A DNA stretch of 64,000 nucleotides from Sphingomonas sp. (GTDB taxonomy: Bacteria; Pseudomonadota; Alphaproteobacteria; Sphingomonadales; Sphingomonadaceae), in assembly GCF_039595165.1 (NCBI RefSeq), contig NZ_JBCNMA010000005.1:963-64962 (forward strand), in the 5' to 3' direction. The notes beneath the pieces are model-generated. The model had not been told where the DNA came from, did no database searches, and saw only the letters and a program-made list of their open reading frames with translations. Made by a program: the position numbers and the translations under genes. Every line of letters begins with the position of its first letter. The stretch's first letter is position 1. Below are positions 46,751 through 57,869 of the stretch, one piece after another.

Positions 46751-47653
46751 TCAGGCCGCAGCCGCGGCGGCAGCGTCGACGGGACGGCGGCTCGCGGCGA
46801 GCGTCGAGAAATAGACGTCCTCGAGCCCGCCATCGACCGCTTCGAACCCCTGGCCGGGATCGCTCGGCGAGAGGATGTGGACCACCGTGCGCCCGGCGAA
46901 CAAGCGGGTCGAAATGACCTCGTAGCGCGCGCGATATTCGTCGAGCTCGGCGCGATCGATGGTCTTGGCCCAGACGGTGCCCTTCGCGCGCTCGATCAGG
47001 TCGAGCGGGGCGCCCTCGAGCTGGATGCGGCCGCCGGCGAGCACCGCCATGCGCGGGCAGAGGTCGGCGACGTCCTCGACGATATGGGTCGAGAGGATGA
47101 CGACAACATTCTCGCCGATCTCGGCGAGCAGGTTGAGGAAGCGGTTGCGCTCCTCGGGATCGAGGCCCGCGGTCGGCTCGTCGACGATGATCAGCTCGGG
47201 ATTGCCGATCAGCGCCTGGGCGATGCCGAAGCGCTGGCGCATGCCGCCCGAGAAGCCGGCGATCGCCTTCTTGCGCACGTCCCACAGATTGACCTGGTTG
47301 AGCAGCGTCTCGACCGTGACTTTGCGCTCGCGCGCCGAGGCCACGCCCTTCAGCACGGCCATGTGATCGAGCATGTCATAGGCCGAGACGCGCGGATAGA
47401 CGCCGAAATCCTGAGGAAGATAGCCGAGCGTGCGGCGCAGCTTCTCCGGCTCGCGGATCACGTCGATGTCGCCGAAGGTGACCCGTCCCGAGGTCGGGCT
47501 CTGCAGCGTCGCGACCGTGCGCATCAGCGTCGACTTGCCCGCGCCATTGGGGCCGAGCAGGCCGAACATCCCTTTGGGGATGCTGAGACTCACATTGTCG
47601 AGCGCGCGGGTGCCGTTGGGATAGACATGAGTGAGCTGGTCGAGTTCGAGCAT
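46751..47653 (-). CDS. ABC transporter ATP-binding protein
   Basis: Walker A GPNGAGKST, signature FSGGMRQR, Walker B LIIVDEPTAGLD. Stop lies 14 nt before the permease-M1 start. Confidence 0.9.
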   Translation of the reverse strand: MLELDQLTHVYPNGTRALDNVSLSIPKGMFGLLGPNGAGKSTLMRTVATLQSPTSGRVTFGDIDVIREPEKLRRTLGYLPQDFGVYPRVSAYDMLDHMAVLKGVASARERKVTVETLLNQVNLWDVRKKAIAGFSGGMRQRFGIAQALIGNPELIIVDEPTAGLDPEERNRFLNLLAEIGENVVVILSTHIVEDVADLCPRMAVLAGGRIQLEGAPLDLIERAKGTVWAKTIDRAELDEYRARYEVISTRLFAGRTVVHILSPSDPGQGFEAVDGGLEDVYFSTLAASRRPVDAAAAAAA

Positions 47654-48293
47654 GAGAATCCCCCGGGGCTGTCTCGCACCAGCCTAGCGAGTGTTTTACA
47701 AAGGTAAAGCGGTGCTGGTGCCAACGCCTGGCACAGGCCGGGCAGACCGTGCCGGGCCTTCGCGCCGTAGAACCCCGGCAGGAAAGCAACCGGAACCGCA
47801 ACCGCTAGCCCGATTAGTCCGAAGCGACGCCGAACAAGGTATGTGAGCGGGAGCGGCACAAGCTGAAGGCAACCTGCGCAAATCGTCTCATGTCAGTCCA
47901 TCGGAAGCGGACCTGCTCTCATCGCTCCAGTTCGTGAAGCAGTTGCCGGGCGAAGAGGTTCAGCTTGGGGATGCAATCGGCAAAGACTTCGAAGTGCCGC
48001 TATGGAATCGGCATGGCCCCACAGGCAGCAAACAACGCCTCCCGACGTCCGTGAGGCATTGCTGACGTTACGCTTCAACCGTGTTTTGCCACGTGCGCCG
48101 ATTTTGCAGTGACCCTTTGTGCGTCTGCTCGCTGCCACCGGGCGCTCCGCACCTCGACATAGCCGGACTTGCCTCGCTCGAAGGCAAACTTCCTCCAAAT
48201 CACCCACTCAATCGATAGGATTTTACACGGAGCCATCAAAGACGATTCAAGGGAGATTCGTCGATGCGTCGCCTTGCCTGATGCCTAGGCGGT

Positions 48294-48310
48294 TCGCGGT
48301 CTGACCGCGA
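48294..48310. promoter_or_regulatory. Perfect 17-bp palindrome TCGCGGTC-T-GACCGCGA
   Basis: Lies in the 816-bp non-coding spacer, 160 bp upstream of the TBDR ATG at 48470. Dimeric-regulator-site geometry. Confidence 0.3.
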
Positions 48311-48469
48311 CCGCTACAGGACCAATCCTGCTCCGCTCACTACCGCCGCCGAAGCTTTCCGGCGCGCATGGTCATGCCTTCGGACCGCCTCGTTGCGGCG
48401 GCCGGGGAGGATGCCGTGCGCCCGCAGGACAGCGGCCGCGCCGAACACCAAAAAAAGGGATTCCGTCTC

Positions 48470-50854
48470 ATGATTCCAGCCCGACGCGCGCCGTTGCTCG
48501 TTGCTGTGCCCATAGCCTCGCTTTTCGTTCTTCCGGCCTACGCCCAGACCGCGGTCGCGATCGGCGCATCCGCCGTGACGGAGGACGAGGCGGCGCCGAC
48601 CGACGACGCGGCGCAGGGCGACATCGTCGTCACCGCGCGCCGCCGCGAGGAGCGCGCGCAGGACGTGCCGATCGCCTTGAGCGTCGTGTCCGGCGACCTG
48701 ATCGACCGCACCGGCCGCACCAACCTGATCCAGATCGCCGAGCTCACGCCCAGCCTCACGATCCGCAGTAACAACGCCCGCAACACCTTCGCCAACATCC
48801 GCGGGCTCGGCTCCAACTCCGATCAGAATGACGGGCTCGAGGTCGGGGTCGGCTTTTATGTCGACGACGTCTATTTCGGCCGCATCGGCGCGTCGCAGTT
48901 CGACCTGATCGACCTCGACCGCGTCGAAGTGCTGCGCGGACCGCAGGGCACGCTGTTCGGCAAGAACACCACCGCTGGCGCGATCAACATCACCACACGT
49001 GCGCCGAGCTTCGAGCCCGAGCTGCGGGCCGAGGCGAGCCTGGGTGAGCGCGGCTATCACCAGGTTCGCGCCTCCATATCTGGGCCGATCATCGCGGACC
49101 GGGTGGCGGCGCGGCTCACGGTTTCGGACACCCATTCGGACGGCCTGCTGCGCAACGCGTACAATGGCCGGCTGGTCAACGACTTCGATAATTTGACCGT
49201 GCGCGGGCAGCTGCTGGTGACGCCGACCGAAGCGCTGTCGATCCGTCTCACCGGCGACTATTCGAAGCAGACCAGCTACGCGCGCGCATCGAGCATCGTG
49301 GGGGTCTTTACCCGCTTCGCCAATGGCGCAGCGATCTCGAACAATTTCAACGACCGCGTCGCGCGTACCGGCTACGTCCTGCCCTACGACCCCAACGATC
49401 CCTTCGCCCGTATCGTCGACTTCAACGCCGACGTGCAGGCCGACATGGAGGGCTATGGCGTCTCGGGCAAGCTCGATTGGGATCTGGGCGGAGCGACGCT
49501 CACCGCGATCACGGCCTATCGCTGGTGGGACTGGTATCCGCTCAACGACCAGGACAACACCTCGCTGACGATCAACATCCGCGGCGGCACCACCAACCTC
49601 CAGCGCCAGTTCAGCCAGGAGCTGCGGCTCACCTCCAACGGCGAGCGGACGATCGACTACACCGTCGGGCTCTATTACTTCTGGCAAGTCATCAAGGGGC
49701 TCGGCCGATACCAGCTCGGCCCCGACTATGCGGTGTGGAACAGCCCCAACGCCAATCGCGCGCTGGCCAACTACGCCTATACCAACTTCCAGTCGAACTC
49801 GGTCATCGAGCCGCGCACCAAGAGCTATGCCGCGTTCGGCCAGCTCACCTGGAACATCAGCGACGCGCTGAAGCTCACCGCCGGGCTGCGCTTCACGCAT
49901 GAGGACAAGACCGGGCTGTTCGACCAGCGCACCGTCGCGGGCAACGACCTCTCCACCTTGTCCGACGCGGATCGCGCGACCGCGCAGGGGCTGCGCGACG
50001 CGCTCTACCCCGAGATCCGCTACGAGGTCGCGACCCAGGACGATGCGCTCACCGGCAGCGTCAACCTCGCCTGGAAGCCGGCGCAGGACGTGCTGCTCTA
50101 TGCGAGCTACGCGCGCGGCAGCAAGTCGGGCGGGCTCAGCCTCGGCACGCTGCCGGCCGGCGTCTCGGCGGTGGTCAAACCCGAGACGGTGAACGCCTGG
50201 GAGCTCGGTCTCAAGAGCCAGGTCTGGGACCGCCGCGTCACCTTCAACGCCGCCGCCTTCTGGACCGAGGTCAGGAACTATCAGGCCGCGATCACCGAGA
50301 ATATCGGCGGCACCACCTCGTTCCGCCGTTACATCGCCAACATCCCCGGCGTACGTTCGCGCGGCGTGGAGGCCGACCTGACGTTCGCGCCGAGCCGCTT
50401 CGTCAGCTTCACCGCCTCGGCCGCCTATGTCGACGCCACCTACAAGGGCTATGTCAACGCCCAGAACGCGGCCGAGCGGCGCAACGTCAGCGAGGTCCAG
50501 GACCTGTCGGGCGAGCAGCTCGCGAACACGCCGCGCTTCGTCTACACGCTCGCCACCGACCTGGTGCAGCCGATCGGCGACGAGGAGGGATATCTCCGCG
50601 TCGACTACACCCATCGCTCGTCCTACGACACCAGCGGCAGCAAGTCGCAATATACGCTGATCGAGCCCTATGGCGTGCTCAATGCGCGGATCGGCGCGCG
50701 CATCGACGACAGCCGCTTCGACTTCGCGATCTGGGTGCGCAACCTGCTGGACGAGCGCTACTTCACCGCGCTCGGCGCCGCCAACAACGGCCTGGTCACC
50801 GGCAATATCGGCGACCCGCGCACGATCGGCGCCACCGTCCGCCTCAACTTCTGA
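48470..50854 (+). CDS. TonB-dependent receptor
   Basis: Start at ATG 48470 (AAAGGGA upstream). Signal peptide MIPARRAPLLVAVPIASLFVLPAYAQ. Plug GDIVVTARRREERAQDVPIALSVVSGDLI...RVEVLRGPQGTLFGKNTTAGAINI. Terminal ...ATVRLNF. Confidence 0.9.
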   Translation: MIPARRAPLLVAVPIASLFVLPAYAQTAVAIGASAVTEDEAAPTDDAAQGDIVVTARRREERAQDVPIALSVVSGDLIDRTGRTNLIQIAELTPSLTIRSNNARNTFANIRGLGSNSDQNDGLEVGVGFYVDDVYFGRIGASQFDLIDLDRVEVLRGPQGTLFGKNTTAGAINITTRAPSFEPELRAEASLGERGYHQVRASISGPIIADRVAARLTVSDTHSDGLLRNAYNGRLVNDFDNLTVRGQLLVTPTEALSIRLTGDYSKQTSYARASSIVGVFTRFANGAAISNNFNDRVARTGYVLPYDPNDPFARIVDFNADVQADMEGYGVSGKLDWDLGGATLTAITAYRWWDWYPLNDQDNTSLTINIRGGTTNLQRQFSQELRLTSNGERTIDYTVGLYYFWQVIKGLGRYQLGPDYAVWNSPNANRALANYAYTNFQSNSVIEPRTKSYAAFGQLTWNISDALKLTAGLRFTHEDKTGLFDQRTVAGNDLSTLSDADRATAQGLRDALYPEIRYEVATQDDALTGSVNLAWKPAQDVLLYASYARGSKSGGLSLGTLPAGVSAVVKPETVNAWELGLKSQVWDRRVTFNAAAFWTEVRNYQAAITENIGGTTSFRRYIANIPGVRSRGVEADLTFAPSRFVSFTASAAYVDATYKGYVNAQNAAERRNVSEVQDLSGEQLANTPRFVYTLATDLVQPIGDEEGYLRVDYTHRSSYDTSGSKSQYTLIEPYGVLNARIGARIDDSRFDFAIWVRNLLDERYFTALGAANNGLVTGNIGDPRTIGATVRLNF

Positions 50855-50877
50855 CGACCGATCCAGGGAGATTTTCG

Positions 50878-52419
50878 ATGTTCGACAGACGTGGTTTCCT
50901 GCGCGGTGGTGCGCTCGGCCTGGGTGGGGTGTTCGCAGGCGGCGTCGCCTGGTCGCGGCCCCGCGACCTGGTTCGCACCATCCTGCCCTCGGCGACGCAC
51001 GACACGCTCGCGCTCAAGGTGCTGCTCGACCGCCCGCCGAGCGAGGCGCCCTTGCTCGCGATCGACGGACGCTTCGTGAAGGCGCAGCGCGTCGACCAGG
51101 ACGGCTATAGCTGGGCCTTCGTCCAGCGCGGGCTTGCGGCCGGCAAGCGCCACCGGCTGACGCTTACAGACGCAAGCGGCGCCGCGCTGCGCGAGCCGTG
51201 GCAGCTCAGCACCCTGCCCGCGCCCGACGCGACGCCCGAACGGTTCCGCGTCCTCTTCTTCACCTGCGCCGGCGGCGACGAGGCGCTCGGCCCGAACCAG
51301 TTCCTGCCGATCGCCACGCGGCGCGCGCTGCTCGACCGCGCGCTGAGCTTCCAGCCCGATCTCGCCATCGCCAATGGAGACCATGTCTATTGGGACCAGA
51401 AGACCGTTCTCGAATATGGCCGCAATCCGGAACGGCGCGCCAAGGCGGCGGAGTTCCAGCGCGAGATCGCCTATATCGACGAGAGCAAGGCGTTCGACGA
51501 CGAGGCCAATCGTCGGTCGGTCAACACCGTGGCGGGGCGCCAGATCGCGGCACTCTACGAAGACCGGTTCGCCTCGGTGCCGCTGCACTTCATCACCGAC
51601 GACCACGACTATTTCGAGAACGACAATGCCGGGGAGTGGGGCTACGCCTTTCCGCCGCGCCCCTTCATCCTCGGCCTGCTGCGGCGTACGCAGCAGCTCG
51701 CCTATCCGCTGGCGCTGGGACGGCCTGATCTCCCCACATGGCAGGCGGAGACGCTGGAGACCGTGCGGATCGGCAAACTGATCGAACTGGCGCTGTTCGA
51801 TTGCCGGCGCGGCTGGTCGACCGACGGCAACGGGGTGGTGCTCCCCGAGATCGAGCGGCTGCTGCTCGACCGGCTGCGCAGCTCGGACGCGGCGCATTAT
51901 GTCCATGTCCCCTCCAACCCGTTCGGCTGGTCGAAGGGCGCGCTGGGCGAATGGTATGCCGACGGTCCGCCGGGCGAGACACCCCAGGTCAACGACAAAC
52001 GCTATTGGCAGCAGAGCTGGTTCGACCAGCACCAGCGCCTCGTCCGCGCGCTGAGCGAGCAGCGCGACCGCGCCGCGATCACCATTTCGGGCGACCTGCA
52101 TGCGGTCGGCGCGACCCGGATCACACGCAGCGGCGATCTCGATCTCAGCCGTAACCCGGTGCGCGCGCTCGTCGCCGGGCCGGTCGGCACCGCCACCAAC
52201 GGCTTCCCGAGCAGCGCGCGGGGCGCGTTCCCGTTCACCCCGGCGGCGCTGCGCGCGGACCCGCTCAACAAGCTCGAGGAAAAGAACGGCTTCACCCTGT
52301 TCGACGTGACGCGCGACAAGATCGAGGTCCGCCAGTTCCGCTGGCGCCCGCCCGAGCCGGTCGAAGCGATCGCCAGGCTTGAGCCCTATTCGACCTTCAC
52401 CATCGAGCGGCCGGTATGA
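50878..52419 (+). CDS. Tat-exported PhoD-like metallophosphatase superfamily protein
   Basis: GGGAGA RBS. Twin-arginine signal MFDRRGFLRGGALGLGGVFAGG. Metallophosphatase-like motifs RVLFFTCAG, IANGDHVYWD, FITDDHDYFEND, ISGDLHA. The family call is by motif only. Confidence 0.6.
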   Translation: MFDRRGFLRGGALGLGGVFAGGVAWSRPRDLVRTILPSATHDTLALKVLLDRPPSEAPLLAIDGRFVKAQRVDQDGYSWAFVQRGLAAGKRHRLTLTDASGAALREPWQLSTLPAPDATPERFRVLFFTCAGGDEALGPNQFLPIATRRALLDRALSFQPDLAIANGDHVYWDQKTVLEYGRNPERRAKAAEFQREIAYIDESKAFDDEANRRSVNTVAGRQIAALYEDRFASVPLHFITDDHDYFENDNAGEWGYAFPPRPFILGLLRRTQQLAYPLALGRPDLPTWQAETLETVRIGKLIELALFDCRRGWSTDGNGVVLPEIERLLLDRLRSSDAAHYVHVPSNPFGWSKGALGEWYADGPPGETPQVNDKRYWQQSWFDQHQRLVRALSEQRDRAAITISGDLHAVGATRITRSGDLDLSRNPVRALVAGPVGTATNGFPSSARGAFPFTPAALRADPLNKLEEKNGFTLFDVTRDKIEVRQFRWRPPEPVEAIARLEPYSTFTIERPV

Positions 52420-53630
52420 GCGGCATCCCCCGACGCGCATTGATCACGAGTGGCGCCGGGGCGATCGCCTTGGCAACCGCGCCGGCGCTCGCCGCGCCGC
52501 CTCGCGCCGCCGCACGGCGCGTAGTCGGCGAGCTGGAGATCTTCCGCATTCCGGTGAACCATCGCGGCGACTGGATACTCGTCCGGCTCGGCGGGGGCGG
52601 CGCGCTCAAGGGGCTGGGCGACGCCTCGCATGGTGGTGACGATGCGCGTACCATCGCCTATCTCAGGCGCTTCGCGGAACTGCTGAGGGGCCGCAGCATC
52701 TTCGACGTCGAATGGTTTCGCCAGGCGACGGCCAAGGCGATCGCGACGGAGCCACGGGCCTCGGCAATCGTCGCGGCGAGTGCGCTGGAACAGTGCCTGT
52801 GGGATCTGATCGGCCACGCCCTCGAGGTGCCGGTCCACGACCTGTTCGGCGGACGGTTGCGGGACAGCATTCCGCTCTACGCCAACATCAACCGCTCGAC
52901 CATCCAGCGTACGCCTGACGGCTTCGCCCGGATGGCGGAGAAGGCGGTCGCCGGCGGCTTCGATGCGATCAAGCTCGCCCCGTTCGACGCGATCCCGGCC
53001 GATCCGGCGCAGCGTGGCGACATCCGCCAGCTGACCGATCAGGGCGTCGCCTGCGCCGCCGCGGTGCGCCAGGCGATCGGCCCCGGCCGCCGCCTGCTGA
53101 TCGACGCGCATAGCCGCTTCACGCGCGAACAAGGCATCGAACTGGCAGCGCGGCTCGCGCCGCTCGACCTCTACTGGCTGGAGGAAGTGACGCCAGCGGA
53201 TCCGATCACCGATCTCGCCGCGATCAATCGCGCCGCCGCCATGCCTACCGCCGGGGGCGAGGCGGTGCGCGGGATCGCCGCCTTCTACGACTATATCCGC
53301 GCGGGCGCGGTCGACATCGCCATGCCCGACGTCAAGATCTGCGGCGGCATGCTCGAGCTCAGGAAGATCGCCGCACTGGCCGAGGCCGCCGGGCTTGACG
53401 TCTCGCCCCACGGCCCGGCGAGCCCGGTCGGCAACCTGGCCGCCGCGCACGTCGCAGCGACACTGCCGAATTTCCAGATTCTCGAGCACGCCTTCGGGGA
53501 GGTGTCGTGGCGCGACGAATTGCTGGCGGAGGGCGAGCCGATCCGGCGCGGGAGCCTTCTCTTGGGATTCGGGCCGGGTCTTGGCGCGTCATTGAACGAA
53601 CAATTGCTGACGCGCCTTTCGCGTCGATAG
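52416..53630 (+). CDS. Enolase-superfamily (mandelate racemase/muconate lactonizing type) enzyme with an N-terminal Tat signal
   Basis: ATG overlaps the upstream stop (ATGA). MSGIPRRALITSGAGAIALATAPALAAP is a Tat-type signal. Capping domain (GDWILVRLGGGGALKGLGDASHGG), barrel motifs LLIDAHSRF, LYWLEEV, AGGE, MPDVKICGGM, SPHG. Confidence 0.75.
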   Translation: MSGIPRRALITSGAGAIALATAPALAAPPRAAARRVVGELEIFRIPVNHRGDWILVRLGGGGALKGLGDASHGGDDARTIAYLRRFAELLRGRSIFDVEWFRQATAKAIATEPRASAIVAASALEQCLWDLIGHALEVPVHDLFGGRLRDSIPLYANINRSTIQRTPDGFARMAEKAVAGGFDAIKLAPFDAIPADPAQRGDIRQLTDQGVACAAAVRQAIGPGRRLLIDAHSRFTREQGIELAARLAPLDLYWLEEVTPADPITDLAAINRAAAMPTAGGEAVRGIAAFYDYIRAGAVDIAMPDVKICGGMLELRKIAALAEAAGLDVSPHGPASPVGNLAAAHVAATLPNFQILEHAFGEVSWRDELLAEGEPIRRGSLLLGFGPGLGASLNEQLLTRLSRR

Positions 53631-53670
53631 ATCGCTGTCGCGCAAGAACCGATTGACGTAATTCATCTGC

Positions 53671-53686
53671 GATAATAGCTATCATC
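53671..53686. promoter_or_regulatory. 16-bp near-palindrome GATAATAGCTATCATC (14/16) in an AT-rich patch upstream of fucD
   Basis: Core ATAGCTAT is a perfect palindrome. A TTGACG hexamer lies at 53653-53658. Candidate operator for the IclR regulator at the operon end. Confidence 0.35.
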
Positions 53687-53718
53687 CGTGAAATATAACG
53701 AGCCGTGATCGATGGCGG

Positions 53719-55799
<2,081 letters not shown>

Positions 55800-55818
55800 G
55801 CAGAGCGGAGGATCATCG

Positions 55819-57093
55819 ATGAACAAGGCTGCGTCCCCCCGATCCTACGCACCCGCCATCGCCCTGACGGTGAGCCTGTTCTTCCTGTGGGGCGTCGCCA
55901 ACAACCTCAACGACATCCTCATCGCGCAGTTCAAGAAAGCCTTCGTGCTGTCGGATTTCGGCACGAGCTTCGTGCAGCAGGTCTTCTATCTCGGCTATTT
56001 CCTGCTCGCGATCCCCGCCTCGTTCCTGATGCGCGCGCAAGGGTACAAGGCGGCGATCGTGACCGGGCTGCTGCTGTACGGCGCCGGCGCGCTGCTCTTC
56101 TATCCGGCGGCCGCGACCAGCCAGTATCTGCTGTTCCTGCTGGCCCTGTTCGTCATCGCCGCCGGGCTCGCGTTCCTCGAGACCGCCGCCAACCCGCTGA
56201 TGACCGAGCTCGGTGACCCGGCGGGCGCGGCGCGGCGGATCAACTGGGCACAGGCCGCCAATCCGCTGGGTGCGCTGGCCGGAATCCTCATCGGCCGCAC
56301 CTTCATCCTGTCGGGCATCCACCATGACGAGGCGGCGCTGGCGGCGCTCAGCGAAGCGCAGCGGCTCGACTATTATCGTGCCGAGACGCTGGCGGTGCAG
56401 ATGCCCTATCTCGTCCTCGGGCTGGTGGTGCTGTGCTTCGCCGTGGCGGCGATGGTCATCCGCTTTCCCGCCGGCGAGCAGCACGATGCGCAGGGGACCG
56501 AGGGCCGCCGCTTCCGCGAGCTGTTCGGCAAGCCGCGGCTGTTGGCGGCGGCGACCGCGCAATTCTTCTATGTCGGCGCGCAAGTCGGCGTGTGGAGCTA
56601 CACGATCCGCTACGCGCAGGTGAATGTCCCCGGGATCGGCGAGAAGGCAGCGGCTGACATGCTGTTCGTCTCGCTCGTCCTGTTCGCCGCCGGGCGGTTC
56701 GCTGGCACCGCGATGATGAGCCGCGTCGCGCCGGTCACGCTGCTCGCCGCGTTCGGCAGCGCCGCATTGCTGCTTACCGGCTTCGCCGCGCTGGCGGGCG
56801 GGCAGGCCGGCCTCTACGCCCTGGTTGCCGCGAGCTTCTTCATGTCGATCCAGTTCCCGACGATCTTCGCGCTCGGCGTCGATGGCCTGGGGCCGCTGCG
56901 CAAATGGGGCGCGTCGCTGATCATCATGGCCATCATCGGCGGCGCGGTGCTCACCGGCCTGATGGGCTGGGTGTCGGACGCGACGAGCATCACCACCGCG
57001 ATGCTGGTCCCCGTCGGCTGCTTCGCCGCGATCGTCGCCTTCGCATTGTCGGTCCGGCGGCGCGCCTTTGCGTTCGCCGGACGCGACGCATAG
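55819..57093 (+). CDS. fucP: L-fucose:H+ symporter (MFS, FucP family)
   Basis: GCGGAGGA RBS. N-terminus LTVSLFFLWGVANNLNDILIAQFKKAFVLSDFGTSFVQQVFYLGYFLLAIPAS is the FucP hallmark. 12 TM. Confidence 0.85.
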   Translation: MNKAASPRSYAPAIALTVSLFFLWGVANNLNDILIAQFKKAFVLSDFGTSFVQQVFYLGYFLLAIPASFLMRAQGYKAAIVTGLLLYGAGALLFYPAAATSQYLLFLLALFVIAAGLAFLETAANPLMTELGDPAGAARRINWAQAANPLGALAGILIGRTFILSGIHHDEAALAALSEAQRLDYYRAETLAVQMPYLVLGLVVLCFAVAAMVIRFPAGEQHDAQGTEGRRFRELFGKPRLLAAATAQFFYVGAQVGVWSYTIRYAQVNVPGIGEKAAADMLFVSLVLFAAGRFAGTAMMSRVAPVTLLAAFGSAALLLTGFAALAGGQAGLYALVAASFFMSIQFPTIFALGVDGLGPLRKWGASLIIMAIIGGAVLTGLMGWVSDATSITTAMLVPVGCFAAIVAFALSVRRRAFAFAGRDA

Positions 57094-57101
57094 GCAGGCG
57101 C

Positions 57102-57869
57102 ATGGCCGACGAGAGCAACAAGGAGCGGCGCCCCTATGCGGCACCCGCCCTGGAACGCGGATTCGAGATCTTCGAGCTGTTCGCGGCGCAGCCGGGCGAA
57201 TTGACGATCACCGAGATCGCGCAGGGCCTGGGGCGCTCGATCAGCGAAGTCTTCCGCATCGTCATGGTGATGGAGCGGAGCGGCTGGCTGAACAAGAATG
57301 CCGACCGCTACAGCGTCTCGTTCCGCATGCTCGACATCGCTTTCCGCGCGACCCCGGCGCGGACGCTCACGCGGCTCGCCGCGCCCGTGATGGAGCGGCT
57401 CGCCACGCAGACGAACCAGTCCAGTCACTTGGTTGTGCGTTCGGAAGGGCGCGGGCTGGTGATCCATCGGCAGGAAAGCGCGGGGCCGGGGGTCTTCGCG
57501 ATGCGCACCGGCAGCCTGATCGACCTCGTGTCGAGCTGCTCGGGCCATGTCCTGCTCGCCTATGAAAGCGACACGCGGCGGGCGGCGATCATCGCGTTGC
57601 TGGAGGCGCAATCCCGCGACGCGGCGGTGCAGCTCGAGCCTCGGTTCGCGGAGGTCCGCGCGCGCGGCTACGAGCTGCAGCCCAGCGCGCGGCTGGCCGG
57701 GGTGCAGGACATCAGCGTCCCGATCTTCGCGTTCGACGGCGCGATCGCCGCGGCGCTGACCATCCCCTATCTCGTCCGCATCGACGGCTCGATGGCCACC
57801 GATCTCGATCAGACACGCGACTGTCTGATCGAAGCCGGGAGAGAGATCTCGGCGCTGCTCGGCGTGTAG
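57102..57869 (+). CDS. IclR family transcriptional regulator
   Basis: Start at ATG 57102. Winged HTH ALERGFEIFELFAAQPGELTITEIAQGLGRSISEVFRIVMVMERSGWL, then an IclR effector domain. Confidence 0.85.
   Translation: MADESNKERRPYAAPALERGFEIFELFAAQPGELTITEIAQGLGRSISEVFRIVMVMERSGWLNKNADRYSVSFRMLDIAFRATPARTLTRLAAPVMERLATQTNQSSHLVVRSEGRGLVIHRQESAGPGVFAMRTGSLIDLVSSCSGHVLLAYESDTRRAAIIALLEAQSRDAAVQLEPRFAEVRARGYELQPSARLAGVQDISVPIFAFDGAIAAALTIPYLVRIDGSMATDLDQTRDCLIEAGREISALLGV

Noticed and set aside
43149-46814. 1221-aa ORF antisense to the permease-M1 fusion gene
   Set aside because: Its composition (runs of R, D, E, G, H) is non-protein-like. It mirrors the codon third-position GC bias of the real gene on the other strand. 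No start context or domains are present.
46737-47285. N-terminal extension of the track ORF 43146-47285
   Set aside because: It overlaps the ABC ATPase gene in another frame. The permease clearly begins at ATG 46736, which has a strong RBS. Similar spurious N-terminal extensions were trimmed for 23070-24599, 25321-26976, 26429-27859, 34781-36232, 54537-55799, 56904-57869 and 57948-60719.
47893-48304. ORFs 47893-48207 (minus) and 48119-48304 (plus) in the 816-bp spacer
   Set aside because: They are Arg/Cys-rich, lack an RBS, and show atypical codon bias for this genome. The region is treated as non-coding and is reported as a finding instead.
48100-48469. Possible cobalamin or TPP riboswitch upstream of the TBDR
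   Set aside because: I looked for the B12 core (GGGAA...GGTG...AATCC...GCCACTG) and the TPP CTGAGA / ACCTGA elements. Only a vague AATCCTGC...CTCACT resemblance was found, which is not enough to call.
48314-50650. 778-aa ORF antisense to the TBDR at 48470-50854. Similar antisense ORFs occur at 50758-52440, 52386-53489, 25327-27096, 59181-60734, 29795-31168, 31205-33349, 14035-15708 and 4406-5611.
   Set aside because: All lie opposite genes with strong family signatures, are low complexity, and lack signals. They are high-GC artefacts.
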